Source: an uncultured candidate division Zixibacteria bacterium (lineage in GTDB: Bacteria; Zixibacteria; MSB-5A5; GN15; FEB-12). From it: 64,000 nt of DNA. The DNA lies in assembly GCA_963806185.1 (NCBI GenBank), contig CAWDXE010000004.1:224001-288000 (forward strand), given 5' to 3'. The notes below the pieces were generated by a model that made no database searches, was not told the DNA's origin, and was given only the letters and a program-made list of their open reading frames with translations. Below, piece by piece: positions 1-9,434 of the stretch (positions are counted from its first letter, which is position 1; every line of letters starts with the position of its first letter). A program made the translations under genes and the position numbers.

Positions 1-732
1 CTCGATATCGACTTGAACTGGGTGGGATACGCCAAGAACTTTGAAAACGTCGGCGTTTTCGGCGTCTCCGCCACCGTGCTGTCGATGGGTGAGCAGGAGA
101 TTACCAATATCGATAATCAGGATGGTACGGGGCAGAGCTACTCGGCGTCTTCGTACGCTCTGGGTGTCTCCTTTGCCCGCCAGTTGACCGCCAAATTCGC
201 CTTCGGCGCCACAATCAAGTATGTGTCTGAGAAGATCCATCTGGAAAAGGCGGACGGCGTGGCGATCGACATGGGGACGATGCTCAATACGGGGTACCGG
301 AATCTTCGTTTGGGCATGAGCATCACGAACATGGGCGCCGACATGAAGTTCGATGGTCCGGATCTGAGCGTTCCGAGCTCCAGTCCTGAGACGAAGTACG
401 ACGTAGCGTCGTACAATCTTCCCCTGACGTTCCGCGTCGGACTGGCCTACGACGTCGACTTCGGCCCAAAATCACTGCTGACCGTGTCGGGCGAGTTGAA
501 GCATCCGAATGACAATGACCAGAAAGGCTCGCTGGGGCTGCAATACGGTTTCGATCAGAAGTTCTTCCTGCGCGGCGGGTATAAGATTAACTATGACGAG
601 GAAACGCTGGCCCTGGGCGGCGGCCTGTCGACTACCGTGTCCGGGCAGACCCGGCTGGTGATTGATTACTCGTGGCAGGATTTTGGACGGTTGGAGACGA
701 CCCAACGGTTTTCGGTCGGCTTCACCTTCTGA
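1..732 (+). CDS. PorV/PorQ-family (FadL-like) outer-membrane beta-barrel protein, 5' end outside window
   Basis: Frame is open from base 1 (LDIDLNW...). PorV-like motifs YALGVSFARQLT, FGATIKYVSE, GMSITNMG, LPLTFRVG, FLRGGY; amphipathic strands ending in a C-terminal Phe. Confidence 0.8.
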   Translation, partial: LDIDLNWVGYAKNFENVGVFGVSATVLSMGEQEITNIDNQDGTGQSYSASSYALGVSFARQLTAKFAFGATIKYVSEKIHLEKADGVAIDMGTMLNTGYRNLRLGMSITNMGADMKFDGPDLSVPSSSPETKYDVASYNLPLTFRVGLAYDVDFGPKSLLTVSGELKHPNDNDQKGSLGLQYGFDQKFFLRGGYKINYDEETLALGGGLSTTVSGQTRLVIDYSWQDFGRLETTQRFSVGFTF

Positions 733-753
733 GAGGCAGATATCGAATCAGGT

Positions 754-780
754 AAAAGCCCCCTTGCGGGGCTTTTTTTT
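754..780 (+). terminator. Intrinsic terminator
   Basis: AAAAGCCCC-CTTGC-GGGGC followed by T8, 21 nt after the stop at 732. Confidence 0.85.
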
Positions 781-863
781 GACTGCGTCTGGACAGGGGC
801 GACGAATGTACTATATTGGAAAGTCTGGAAAATCCCCTTCCGGGGCATACCGTGGAGAGCATC

Positions 864-2447
864 ATGCGTTTTTCTAATCGGTTGGCGTTCATCCTGTTAT
901 TGGGCGCCTTTGGACTGGTTGGTTCGAGTTGGGCGGATGACGACACATCAGTCGACATGTTACGCCAGTATTTTGACTACCTGGCCACAGGCAACGTGGA
1001 ATCGGCTCAGCTCATGTGGACTGAATCGGCCCAGGAAAGATCTGCGCGGTTCGGTATCGAATACGACGGCATTATGGTCAGATCGGATGCAGCCTCACCG
1101 GTAATTCAAAATTTCGATGTCATGAGAAACTTCCTGGAGCCTCCGGTTCGTCAAATGGAGGCGATGCCGGGAGATACCTTTCAGCGTCTCACCTTTAGTG
1201 CCATCGTAGGCAGCGAATCGATCAAGTACACGTACTATGCCAAGCGGGATCAGCGCTGGTTCTGGCTCAGCTTTCCACAGGACTACTGGACCCGGGACTG
1301 GCCGGTACAGGAGTCAAAGTACCTTCGCATCCATGTTCACCCGCGCGTTAAAGAATTTCTCAGCCCCGCCCTCTTGAACGAGGTGGATCGGTTCGTCGCC
1401 GCCATGGCCGACACACTCAAACTGCCCAAGGCGTCACTGGCGGAAATCGCTGCCAGGAAGATCGAGTGGTATTACTGTGATGGCGACCAGACCGTGGAGG
1501 AAATCACCGGGTTCAAAACGAAGGGAATGCTGGACCTCGGATCAAATTCCATCATCAGTTCTACTTTTCCGCACTACCATGAGCTCGTGCATCTACTGGT
1601 TAATATTCGACTGAAGAAGATTCCGCTCCATACTCTGCCGCTGCTTCGAGAGGGCATCGCCGTGCGGTACGGCGGGCGCTGGGGCAAAAGTCTATCGGCG
1701 CTCTCCGATCTTGGGGCCTACCTCTATAAAGAGAAGCTGGTGGAGCTTGATTCGATACTCGTCGACAAGGGGTATGAAGCAGCGCAGGATGCGGACATCA
1801 TTTATCCGGTGGCCGGCATCTTCTCTTCGTTCCTGTTGGACAGGATCGGCATCGAAGGATACCTCACCGGGTATCGTAGTCTCTCGGGCTCTGGCGCTCA
1901 GCTGCGCGCCCTCAAGCCGGATTCCATCAAGAAAGCCTTGGCGACCATGGGTGGATTTGCCGATTGGAATGGGCTGGTAACCGGGTTTGACGCTTACCTA
2001 GCCAAGGCCTCCGGAACCTATGCGGTGGCCGCACCTGGCCGAGTGGCCGACGGCAAGTTGTTGCTCGCCGGGGACGGGTACTCTATCGTGCAATCAAAAG
2101 ACTGGCTTGGCTTTGAGTTCTCGCTGGCTGATACCGTCACTCCCCATGGGACACTTCTCTTTGCACCGCTTCCTGCCCCCGGGTCTATGGTGTCGTCGCT
2201 ATTTGTAGAACACTTCAGTGATGTTTATCCCTACGAGGGGTATAGATACGGCGTTCGCTATGATCAAAACGAAGCCGGCCTGTACGATTACGTGACCAAT
2301 CAATTGATTGCCAAGTACATTTGGGGGATTACGCCGTCGGACGATTACTATTCCAAGGGGAGTCGGACGGTGGCGATCAAATTCAAGAAAGTGCTGCTGG
2401 GCAAAGACCTGCCGGTCAAAGGGCAAGTGAAATTACTGCCAATGTAG
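864..2447 (+). CDS. Secreted protein with gluzincin-like (peptidase MA) HExxH motif
   Basis: GGAG at 854-857 before ATG 864; signal peptide MRFSNRLAFILLLGAFGLVGSSWA; HELVH followed after 19 residues by EGIA. Confidence 0.6.
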   Translation: MRFSNRLAFILLLGAFGLVGSSWADDDTSVDMLRQYFDYLATGNVESAQLMWTESAQERSARFGIEYDGIMVRSDAASPVIQNFDVMRNFLEPPVRQMEAMPGDTFQRLTFSAIVGSESIKYTYYAKRDQRWFWLSFPQDYWTRDWPVQESKYLRIHVHPRVKEFLSPALLNEVDRFVAAMADTLKLPKASLAEIAARKIEWYYCDGDQTVEEITGFKTKGMLDLGSNSIISSTFPHYHELVHLLVNIRLKKIPLHTLPLLREGIAVRYGGRWGKSLSALSDLGAYLYKEKLVELDSILVDKGYEAAQDADIIYPVAGIFSSFLLDRIGIEGYLTGYRSLSGSGAQLRALKPDSIKKALATMGGFADWNGLVTGFDAYLAKASGTYAVAAPGRVADGKLLLAGDGYSIVQSKDWLGFEFSLADTVTPHGTLLFAPLPAPGSMVSSLFVEHFSDVYPYEGYRYGVRYDQNEAGLYDYVTNQLIAKYIWGITPSDDYYSKGSRTVAIKFKKVLLGKDLPVKGQVKLLPM

Positions 2448-2546
2448 CCGGCTGGAACTGCACCGACAGGGTCGCTGTTACGTGGTGTCATTCACGTCGC
2501 GCACGGTGTATTCGCATCACGGATGTGAGAGAGGGTATGATTATTG

Positions 2547-3953
2547 ATGTCGGGTGATCATAAGGATTTTGATCTCATTGTCATTGGCTCCGGACCGGCC
2601 GGTGAAAAGGCCGCGATTGAAGCCTCCAAAATGCGAAAGTCGAGTGCCATTATTGAACGGAATTCCGTTCAAGGTGGCGTTTGCCTTCACACCGGCACCA
2701 TTCCCTCGAAAACACTACGCGAGACCGTACTCTATATCGCCGGACTTCGTCAGCGCTCGGTCTATGGACTCGTGGGGGCAACCCGCCCGTATCTCACCAT
2801 CAAAGAACTGATGTACCGCAAAGGGCAGGTCATCCAGCAGGAACTGGACGTCATTCAGCAGAACATGTCCCGTCACCAGATAGAAGTCATACACGGCACC
2901 GGGATGATAGCCGGCGCCAATACGGTCGTCGTCTCCGACGGCGACTCAAGCAATCGGATTATTCATGGTGACGTACTGGTGATTTCGACCGGCACACGCT
3001 CCTATCACCCGCCGTCAGTCGACTTTGATCACAAATACATCTATGACGCGGAGACGGTCCTGGATCTGGACATCATTCCACGGACGCTGACCATTGTCGG
3101 TGGCGGAGTCATCGGCTGCGAGTACGCCTCGATCTTTGCCCACATTGGCGTGAAGGTGACGATCGTCGATCAGCGCAAGCGCTTGCTTTCTTTCCTTGAT
3201 CACGAAATAGCCGACGCCTTGACCTATCTGATGCGCAAGTACGGGACGACTCTGGTGCTGGGGGAAGAGTATCAGGAGATATTTGTTGAAGACGATCAGG
3301 TCGTGACGGTCACCAAGACCGGGCGGCGTGTCGTGGCGGATCGACTGCTGTATGCCGCCGGACGGTGTGGTAATACGGAAAACCTTGGCCTCGAAGCACT
3401 CGGTATCGAAACTGACGATCGCGGAATTATCAAAGTCAACGATCGGTACGGAACTTGTGTCCCGAGCATCTTTGCGGTCGGCGATGTGATCGGATTCCCG
3501 TCACTGGCCTCCGTCTCCATGGATCAAGGACGGCTGGCGGCAATTCATGCGTTCCAGCGGCAGGAAATCTCCTGCCTGAATACGCTGTTGCCGTTCGGCA
3601 TCTACACGATACCCGAGGTATCCCTGGTCGGTGAGACGGAAGAGTCGCTGACCGCAGCCGGGCAGGACTATGAAGTTGGCGTAGCGCGATATTATGAACT
3701 TGCTCGCGGGCAGATCATCAACGACCACGACGGCATGCTGAAGCTAATTTTTGATCGCACTTCCCATCGCATTCTCGGGGTGCACATCATCGGTGACAAG
3801 GCCACTGAATTGATTCATATCGGCCAGGCAGTGATGACGCACGGCGGGACGCTGGACTATTTTCTGGACACGGTCTTTAACCATCCGACGTTGTCGGAGG
3901 CGTACAAAGTAGCCGCAATGGACGGTTTCTCGAGGATTCAGCGGGGGAACTAA
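2547..3953 (+). CDS. sthA: Soluble Si-specific NAD(P)+ transhydrogenase
   Basis: VIGSGPAGEKAA FAD motif; GGVCLHTGTIPSKTLRE (one Cys, CxxxxT typical of SthA); GGGVIGCEYAS; C-terminal FNHPTLSEAYKVAA. Confidence 0.9.
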   Translation: MSGDHKDFDLIVIGSGPAGEKAAIEASKMRKSSAIIERNSVQGGVCLHTGTIPSKTLRETVLYIAGLRQRSVYGLVGATRPYLTIKELMYRKGQVIQQELDVIQQNMSRHQIEVIHGTGMIAGANTVVVSDGDSSNRIIHGDVLVISTGTRSYHPPSVDFDHKYIYDAETVLDLDIIPRTLTIVGGGVIGCEYASIFAHIGVKVTIVDQRKRLLSFLDHEIADALTYLMRKYGTTLVLGEEYQEIFVEDDQVVTVTKTGRRVVADRLLYAAGRCGNTENLGLEALGIETDDRGIIKVNDRYGTCVPSIFAVGDVIGFPSLASVSMDQGRLAAIHAFQRQEISCLNTLLPFGIYTIPEVSLVGETEESLTAAGQDYEVGVARYYELARGQIINDHDGMLKLIFDRTSHRILGVHIIGDKATELIHIGQAVMTHGGTLDYFLDTVFNHPTLSEAYKVAAMDGFSRIQRGN

Positions 3954-5971
3954 GGTTCCGTGCCGACGGATTCCTGGCGAAGCTCCGTGATTTTCCTGCC
4001 TACGCTGGCGGCTTCCGGCCTGTATTTCCCGAATACCATGAACCGCTGATACTGGGCCAGGGCGGCGGCAATATCGCCGCGCGCCTCCGCCAGACGCCCC
4101 TTGGCGAGATAGGGCAAGGCCAGCATGGTGTCGCGGGCGATCAATACCGTGGCCAGCGAGTCGGCCTGGGCCGCCCGGCCTTCGGCCAGCCAGTTCATCA
4201 TGATTTCAGACAACACGTCATGGCTGTGGGGAAACCACGACTGAATATACTCGAGGTACACAGCCGCCTGCGCTCGATCGCCCTTTGCGAAATACCAACG
4301 GTACAGATTCATCTGATGCTCCTTTTTATAGGGGTCCAGCATCAGACAAGTGTCGATATGCGGCTTGGCCTGAGGCAGGCGACCGAGCGCAACATCGCAA
4401 ATTGCCAGCAATGACCGTGGTTCAGTCCAGTACGGGTGCCCGGCGACTGTCCGCGTAAGGATGCGAGCGGCATCGTCGGATTCATTCTTTGCCGCGAGGT
4501 CGAGACAGCCTCGATAATTCAAATAATCATCTGATTTCACCGGCAGCGCTTGATCCCAGTAATTCGCTCGAGTGAAGTCACGGCGCTCGAAATAGGCGTC
4601 GCGCAGAGCCAGTCCACCGACGCGGTAGTATGATGTCTGTTTGTCGAAGTAGGTGGTCAGGTAGGGTTCAGCGTAGGAGAGTCGTACGAACGATGGCGTT
4701 ACAGCCGTGATGCTGAGAATCGACAAGACCGCTGCCGTCGACAAAATGCGCCCGTTGTCCCGGCGCTGGGAAAGTGACAGAAACACGGCCGCCGCAAAAG
4801 CGGACAGGGGGAGGAGGTAAGCCACAATTCTCGGCAGATCCAGCGGCGGGCTATCGAGCGGATCGATGATCGAAGAAGCCACGGCCCCGGAAATGGCTGC
4901 GGTCAAGGTGAGCAACAATACAAATCCACCTTTGAAGCGGATGCGCACAAGCCACAGTAGCAATGCGCCGACGACGATTGGGGAGAGCACCGCCCGCATT
5001 TGCCAGAGATCGACAATGCGCCGCCACGAAAATAATCCGTAATCACTCAGGGGGAGTTTGCCCTTCCAGAATAGCAACTGCGCCGCAATCTCCGGCGAGC
5101 GCTGGGCAAGAACATACGTGACTGCCAGCAGCACGATCAAGACGGCGAGTGACAACAGCGCCGGCGCGAGAAAGGACTTCTGACCCCGACGGGCCACCGT
5201 TGCCAGCGCCGCCACCGGCATCAGATAGATCGAACCGATATACGTGAAGGTGGCAATCGCCAGCACCAGCCACATCCAGCCGAGAAAATTGACCCGGCGC
5301 GTTTCATGGTACTTCACGGCAAACACCAGCAGCCAAATTGACGCGGCAGGAAGGATCGGTTCGACACCTACAAATCCCAGCAGCGTCAGAGTATGCGCAC
5401 CGAAGACCAGGAGAAGAAAGGTCCAGGCACGTCGAGCCGTACTGTCGGTTAACCGACCGGCCAGGACAGCAGAACCGACGATTGTCACGGCCGTGCACAG
5501 AAAGGCATAAGTCTTCCACGCAAAAAGCGCGGCTGTATTGACATTGACGCCAAGGAGCTTGAAGAGCTGATAGGGAACTGAAACAAAGCCCGTCGCGCCA
5601 AACTCATACCAGCGAAAGACAATTCGTTCCGCTTGTCCGATCTGAGCTATGCGCAGATTGCCGCCACCGTACACAATCGAATCGAATTGGCAGAGAATGA
5701 AAATGACGAACAGGGCCACCATCGAAACGACGGCTCCGGTGCGCGAGGCCATCAGCACACCCAGTCGATCACCATACCGCCAAGCCAGAATCAGCAGGAC
5801 AACGGCCAATCCGGTCCAGGCCACCACATACCAGGTGGGCAAGAGCTGCCAGTGAATCAGATTCCAGTTATTGTCAGTGAGCTTTGGGCCGAGCAACTGG
5901 CTCAGGACCAGGACCGCCAGCGCGGCAGTCAAGATGGTGAATTCGAGCTTCGTCGAGCGATCAGTATTCAT
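3950..5971 (-). CDS. Polytopic membrane protein with C-terminal TPR-like repeats (possibly GT-C-fold glycosyltransferase-like)
   Basis: More than 10 hydrophobic segments, then TPR-like helices (YLAKGRLAEARGDIAAALAQYQRF). Start placed at ATG 5971, just downstream of recR; the track start overlaps recR. Confidence 0.6.
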   Translation of the reverse strand: MNTDRSTKLEFTILTAALAVLVLSQLLGPKLTDNNWNLIHWQLLPTWYVVAWTGLAVVLLILAWRYGDRLGVLMASRTGAVVSMVALFVIFILCQFDSIVYGGGNLRIAQIGQAERIVFRWYEFGATGFVSVPYQLFKLLGVNVNTAALFAWKTYAFLCTAVTIVGSAVLAGRLTDSTARRAWTFLLLVFGAHTLTLLGFVGVEPILPAASIWLLVFAVKYHETRRVNFLGWMWLVLAIATFTYIGSIYLMPVAALATVARRGQKSFLAPALLSLAVLIVLLAVTYVLAQRSPEIAAQLLFWKGKLPLSDYGLFSWRRIVDLWQMRAVLSPIVVGALLLWLVRIRFKGGFVLLLTLTAAISGAVASSIIDPLDSPPLDLPRIVAYLLPLSAFAAAVFLSLSQRRDNGRILSTAAVLSILSITAVTPSFVRLSYAEPYLTTYFDKQTSYYRVGGLALRDAYFERRDFTRANYWDQALPVKSDDYLNYRGCLDLAAKNESDDAARILTRTVAGHPYWTEPRSLLAICDVALGRLPQAKPHIDTCLMLDPYKKEHQMNLYRWYFAKGDRAQAAVYLEYIQSWFPHSHDVLSEIMMNWLAEGRAAQADSLATVLIARDTMLALPYLAKGRLAEARGDIAAALAQYQRFMVFGKYRPEAASVGRKITELRQESVGTEP

Positions 5972-5981
5972 ACCCGTTGTC

Positions 5982-6578
5982 TCAGTAATCCTGACGACCC
6001 TCCAGCGCGCGCGCCAGCGTGACGGCATCAGCATACTCCAGATCCGAGCCAACCGGGAGGCCGCGAGCAATTCGAGAGACTCTCACGCCCAGCGGTTTCA
6101 ACAACCGAGAGAGGTAGACGGCGGTCGCCTCGCCCTCGACATTGGGATTGGTGGCGACGATCACTTCTTTGACTTCGTCCGTCATACGACTCAGTAGTTC
6201 ACTTATATGCAGATCGTCGGGGCCGATGCCGTCGAGAGGGGAGAGGCGGCCGCCCAGCACGTGAAACAGGCCGCTGAATCCTTCGGCCTTATCGAGCGCC
6301 GCGGCATCCATAGCCTCTTCCACGACACAGATGACATCGCGCCGACGTCTCGGATCGGCGCATATCCCGCAGGGATCGGTCTCGGAAATATTGAAGCAGA
6401 TCGAACAAAAACCAACCCGCTCCTTGACCTCACGAATGACGTCAGCCAGCTCGTTGGCCTGTTCGTCCGGAAGTTTGAGAATGTGAAATGCCAGGCGGGC
6501 GGCGGTCTTGCGGCCGATACCCGGCAGTCGATTCAGAGCAGTAATGAGGCGGTCGATAGCGCCGCTGGCATTCGCCAT
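5982..6578 (-). CDS. recR: Recombination mediator RecR
   Basis: LPGIGRKTAARLA HhH, CSIC...CGIC zinc finger, Toprim ICVVE and ATNPNVEGEATA. Confidence 0.97.
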   Translation of the reverse strand: MANASGAIDRLITALNRLPGIGRKTAARLAFHILKLPDEQANELADVIREVKERVGFCSICFNISETDPCGICADPRRRRDVICVVEEAMDAAALDKAEGFSGLFHVLGGRLSPLDGIGPDDLHISELLSRMTDEVKEVIVATNPNVEGEATAVYLSRLLKPLGVRVSRIARGLPVGSDLEYADAVTLARALEGRQDY

Positions 6579-6587
6579 TGATACTCC

Positions 6588-6911
6588 TTAGAACGGCAGA
6601 TTCAGACCGGGGATGTTGAGTCCGCCCGTGATGTTGGCCATCTGATCGGCCTGCATGGTCTGCACCTTCTCGCGGGCCTGATTGATCGCGGCGACTATCA
6701 GATCCTGCAGCATCTCCACATCGTTTTTGTCGACCACTTCGGGGTTGATCTCAATGCGCAGGATTTCATTCTTACCGTTGGAGACGACCTTCACCATCCC
6801 GCCGCCGGAGGTTCCGTCTACTTCCATCGCTTCCAGTTCAGCCTGCATGGCGGCCATCTTGGCCTGCATTTTCTGAACCTGCTTCATCATGTCGCCGATT
6901 CCACCCTTCAT
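6588..6911 (-). CDS. ybaB: YbaB/EbfC nucleoid-associated protein
   Basis: MMKQVQKMQ...GTSGGGMVKV...DVEMLQDLIVAAIN; canonical dnaX-ybaB-recR order. Confidence 0.95.
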   Translation of the reverse strand: MKGGIGDMMKQVQKMQAKMAAMQAELEAMEVDGTSGGGMVKVVSNGKNEILRIEINPEVVDKNDVEMLQDLIVAAINQAREKVQTMQADQMANITGGLNIPGLNLPF

Positions 6912-6945
6912 ACACGATCCCTCAACTTATGTGCGTTACTCATTC

Positions 6946-8652
6946 TCATTCAATTCTACGAACACCAATTACTTCACCGTCGACCTTCGCCATCAGCGCC
7001 TGCAACGCGGGCGATTCCTCGACCAGCTTGCGGCCGTCAATGGCCGGAGTCGATTTCTTGTCCTGAACCTGCTCAGGGTGAAGCCGGGTGCGATCCAGGT
7101 CAAACGATATGGTCAGGTTGGTACCAAAATGCTCTCGCATGGTGCGCAAAATCAAACTCAAATTCTCAGCCTTCTGCACCAATTGCCGGCTCATTTCCGC
7201 GGCGCCGTAGAAAACCAACGTGACCCGGTTTTCCTTTACTTCCCGCAATTCCGACAAGCGTACTTGCGAAGCGAGCATTTGACTGGACTGCCGCAATGTC
7301 GTCAGGTACGGCTCCCAGCCGACCTTGATTTCTTCCAGGGAAATTGGGCGAGACGTTTTCGGCATCGTGGAAGGGACAGACGCGTCGGGCGGATTCGTCG
7401 GTGGAGCGACGCTCCGGGAAGCCCCGATGTTATTGCCGACGAAAAAATCAGAGCCCTTTTTGGGCGGGGTTGGTTCTGTCCGTTGCGGACTGCCAGTCGA
7501 AGGGATCGAGGGGAGAGTCGCACCGGACTGCAAATGGCGCAGGACTTCCTCGAGGCGAACCGTCGATTCCAACTCTGCCATCTTCACCGCCGAGACTTCA
7601 ATAAGCAGTCGTTCGTCGAGCCCCTCACCCAGATCCTTATAGAGTTCACTCGTCAATTTCAGGAGGCGCAACAGATCGCCGACCGAGAATTTTGTCGCCT
7701 GCTGTTGATAAAGCGGACGTTCCTGTAGACTCACCGAGATCAGGTCGCCCGGTTCCGGATCGGTGGCCAGTACCAGCAGCGTGCGGAGGTGATCCATGAA
7801 CTCGACGACGAAGTCGCGCGGATCAGTGCCGCTGTCGAACAGTCGTTGGGTCAATTTCAGTACTTCGAGTCGATTGGCCGCCGAAATGGCGTCGACGAAA
7901 TCAAAGAGGAACTTCCGGTCCACCAGTCCAAGCGCATTGATTACATCGCTTTCGGTCACTCCTGTTCCGGAGAAGGCGATAATCTGGTCGAGGAGCGAGA
8001 GCGCATCACGCACCGAGCCCTCGGCTTTGCGGGCCAGAAGATGAAGCGCGGCGTCATCGATGGCGATCCCTTCGGCTGTGGCGACTTTTCTCAGGTGACC
8101 TGCCAGATCTTCAAGCGACACACGGCGGAAATCGTATCGCTGCGTGCGTGACAAGATCGTCTCCGGCACCTTGAGTGGTTCGGTAGTGGCGAAAATGAAC
8201 ATGACGTGCGCCGGCGGTTCTTCCAGTGTCTTCAGAAGAGCGTCAAAAGCCGATCCCGAGAGGCGGTGGACTTCATCGATAATATAGATGCGCTTCTTGC
8301 CGCCTGTGGGGAGGTATCTCACATTTTCACGCAGGGTACGGATATCGTCTACGCCGGTATTGGAAGCAGCGTCGATCTCAAGGACATCAAGTGAGCTGCC
8401 TGAGGCGATCTCAAGACATGAGGGGCACGACCCACATGGTTCGTCAGTGGGGCCGGTCGCGCAGTTCACCGACCGGGCCAGAATACGAGCGATAGTCGTT
8501 TTGCCGGTGCCGCGCGGTCCGCAAAACAGGTAGCCTGAGGCTATCCTGTTGTTTTTCAATGCGTTACGGAGTGTCTTGGTGACGTGTTCCTGGGCCACCA
8601 CATCTCCGAACGTTTGCGGGCGGTATTTGCGGGCCAGCACCAGATAACTCAT
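6946..8652 (-). CDS. dnaX: DNA polymerase III subunit gamma/tau (568 aa)
   Basis: MSYLVLARKYRPQTF, Walker A GPRGTGKTT, EIDAAS, IIDEVH, LLKTLEEPP; Pro/Ser linker then C-terminal domain. Confidence 0.97.
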   Translation of the reverse strand: MSYLVLARKYRPQTFGDVVAQEHVTKTLRNALKNNRIASGYLFCGPRGTGKTTIARILARSVNCATGPTDEPCGSCPSCLEIASGSSLDVLEIDAASNTGVDDIRTLRENVRYLPTGGKKRIYIIDEVHRLSGSAFDALLKTLEEPPAHVMFIFATTEPLKVPETILSRTQRYDFRRVSLEDLAGHLRKVATAEGIAIDDAALHLLARKAEGSVRDALSLLDQIIAFSGTGVTESDVINALGLVDRKFLFDFVDAISAANRLEVLKLTQRLFDSGTDPRDFVVEFMDHLRTLLVLATDPEPGDLISVSLQERPLYQQQATKFSVGDLLRLLKLTSELYKDLGEGLDERLLIEVSAVKMAELESTVRLEEVLRHLQSGATLPSIPSTGSPQRTEPTPPKKGSDFFVGNNIGASRSVAPPTNPPDASVPSTMPKTSRPISLEEIKVGWEPYLTTLRQSSQMLASQVRLSELREVKENRVTLVFYGAAEMSRQLVQKAENLSLILRTMREHFGTNLTISFDLDRTRLHPEQVQDKKSTPAIDGRKLVEESPALQALMAKVDGEVIGVRRIE

Positions 8653-8792
8653 GGGGACCAATATACCAAAAAGGGTGCGCGGATGGAATTTCTTTTGGAA
8701 ATGTATCCGGGGGCCGTAAGTTCTGGTGGACGGCGAGCAGTTTGGGCTCGTCATTATCATATCTGCGTCGTGTGAATTACTGAGGAGAATGA

Positions 8793-9371
8793 GTGAGCAA
8801 ATGCACCCGTATGGGCGTTTTGTGGCTGATCTGTGGTCTTGGTCTTATGAGTGCCACTCGAGTTAGTGCGGTGGACTTTCAGTACAGTCCCCGTCATTAC
8901 TCCTTTGCTGCCCGGGGCGGCTTCATCTATGCATCGGTGCTTCGAGTTGACGGCAAACAGCGCTTTGACACCGAAATGGGGCTGTCGGGCGGAATTCTCT
9001 TTGATCTTCCGATCAGCCGGAAACTTGTTGCCGGTCTCGCTTTTGATCTGCACGATATCAAGATCGAAGAGGCCCGCAAGAAACTCTTCGACGTATCGTT
9101 GGGTCTGAAACGGACTTTCTTCCTGCCCGAACCGAATTTCACTCTGCGAATCGGCGGGGCGGCGGGTTTTGGGTATATGGGCCCGACCCTCGGCTATGAT
9201 CGGACGACGTTTCTCACTCTCAAGGCGACTGTTGAGGGGGTGTTTCCGATCAGCATGCGGTATGCGTGGATTGTCGATGTCTCAGTGATACGATTGCCGA
9301 CGGGTGGGAACCGCGAGGTTCGCGCCAACTTCGGGCCGACCGTGATCGGGCGGGTGGGGATATTGATGTAG
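8793..9371 (+). CDS. Small outer-membrane beta-barrel protein
   Basis: GAGGAG at 8782-8787 before GTG; signal peptide; about 8 amphipathic beta strands. Confidence 0.6.
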   Translation: MSKCTRMGVLWLICGLGLMSATRVSAVDFQYSPRHYSFAARGGFIYASVLRVDGKQRFDTEMGLSGGILFDLPISRKLVAGLAFDLHDIKIEEARKKLFDVSLGLKRTFFLPEPNFTLRIGGAAGFGYMGPTLGYDRTTFLTLKATVEGVFPISMRYAWIVDVSVIRLPTGGNREVRANFGPTVIGRVGILM

Positions 9372-9434
9372 TTCCTCTTGACATTGTCGACCATCGTGTC
9401 TATTGTGCGATGGCGTTCAACAGGAGGGATCATC

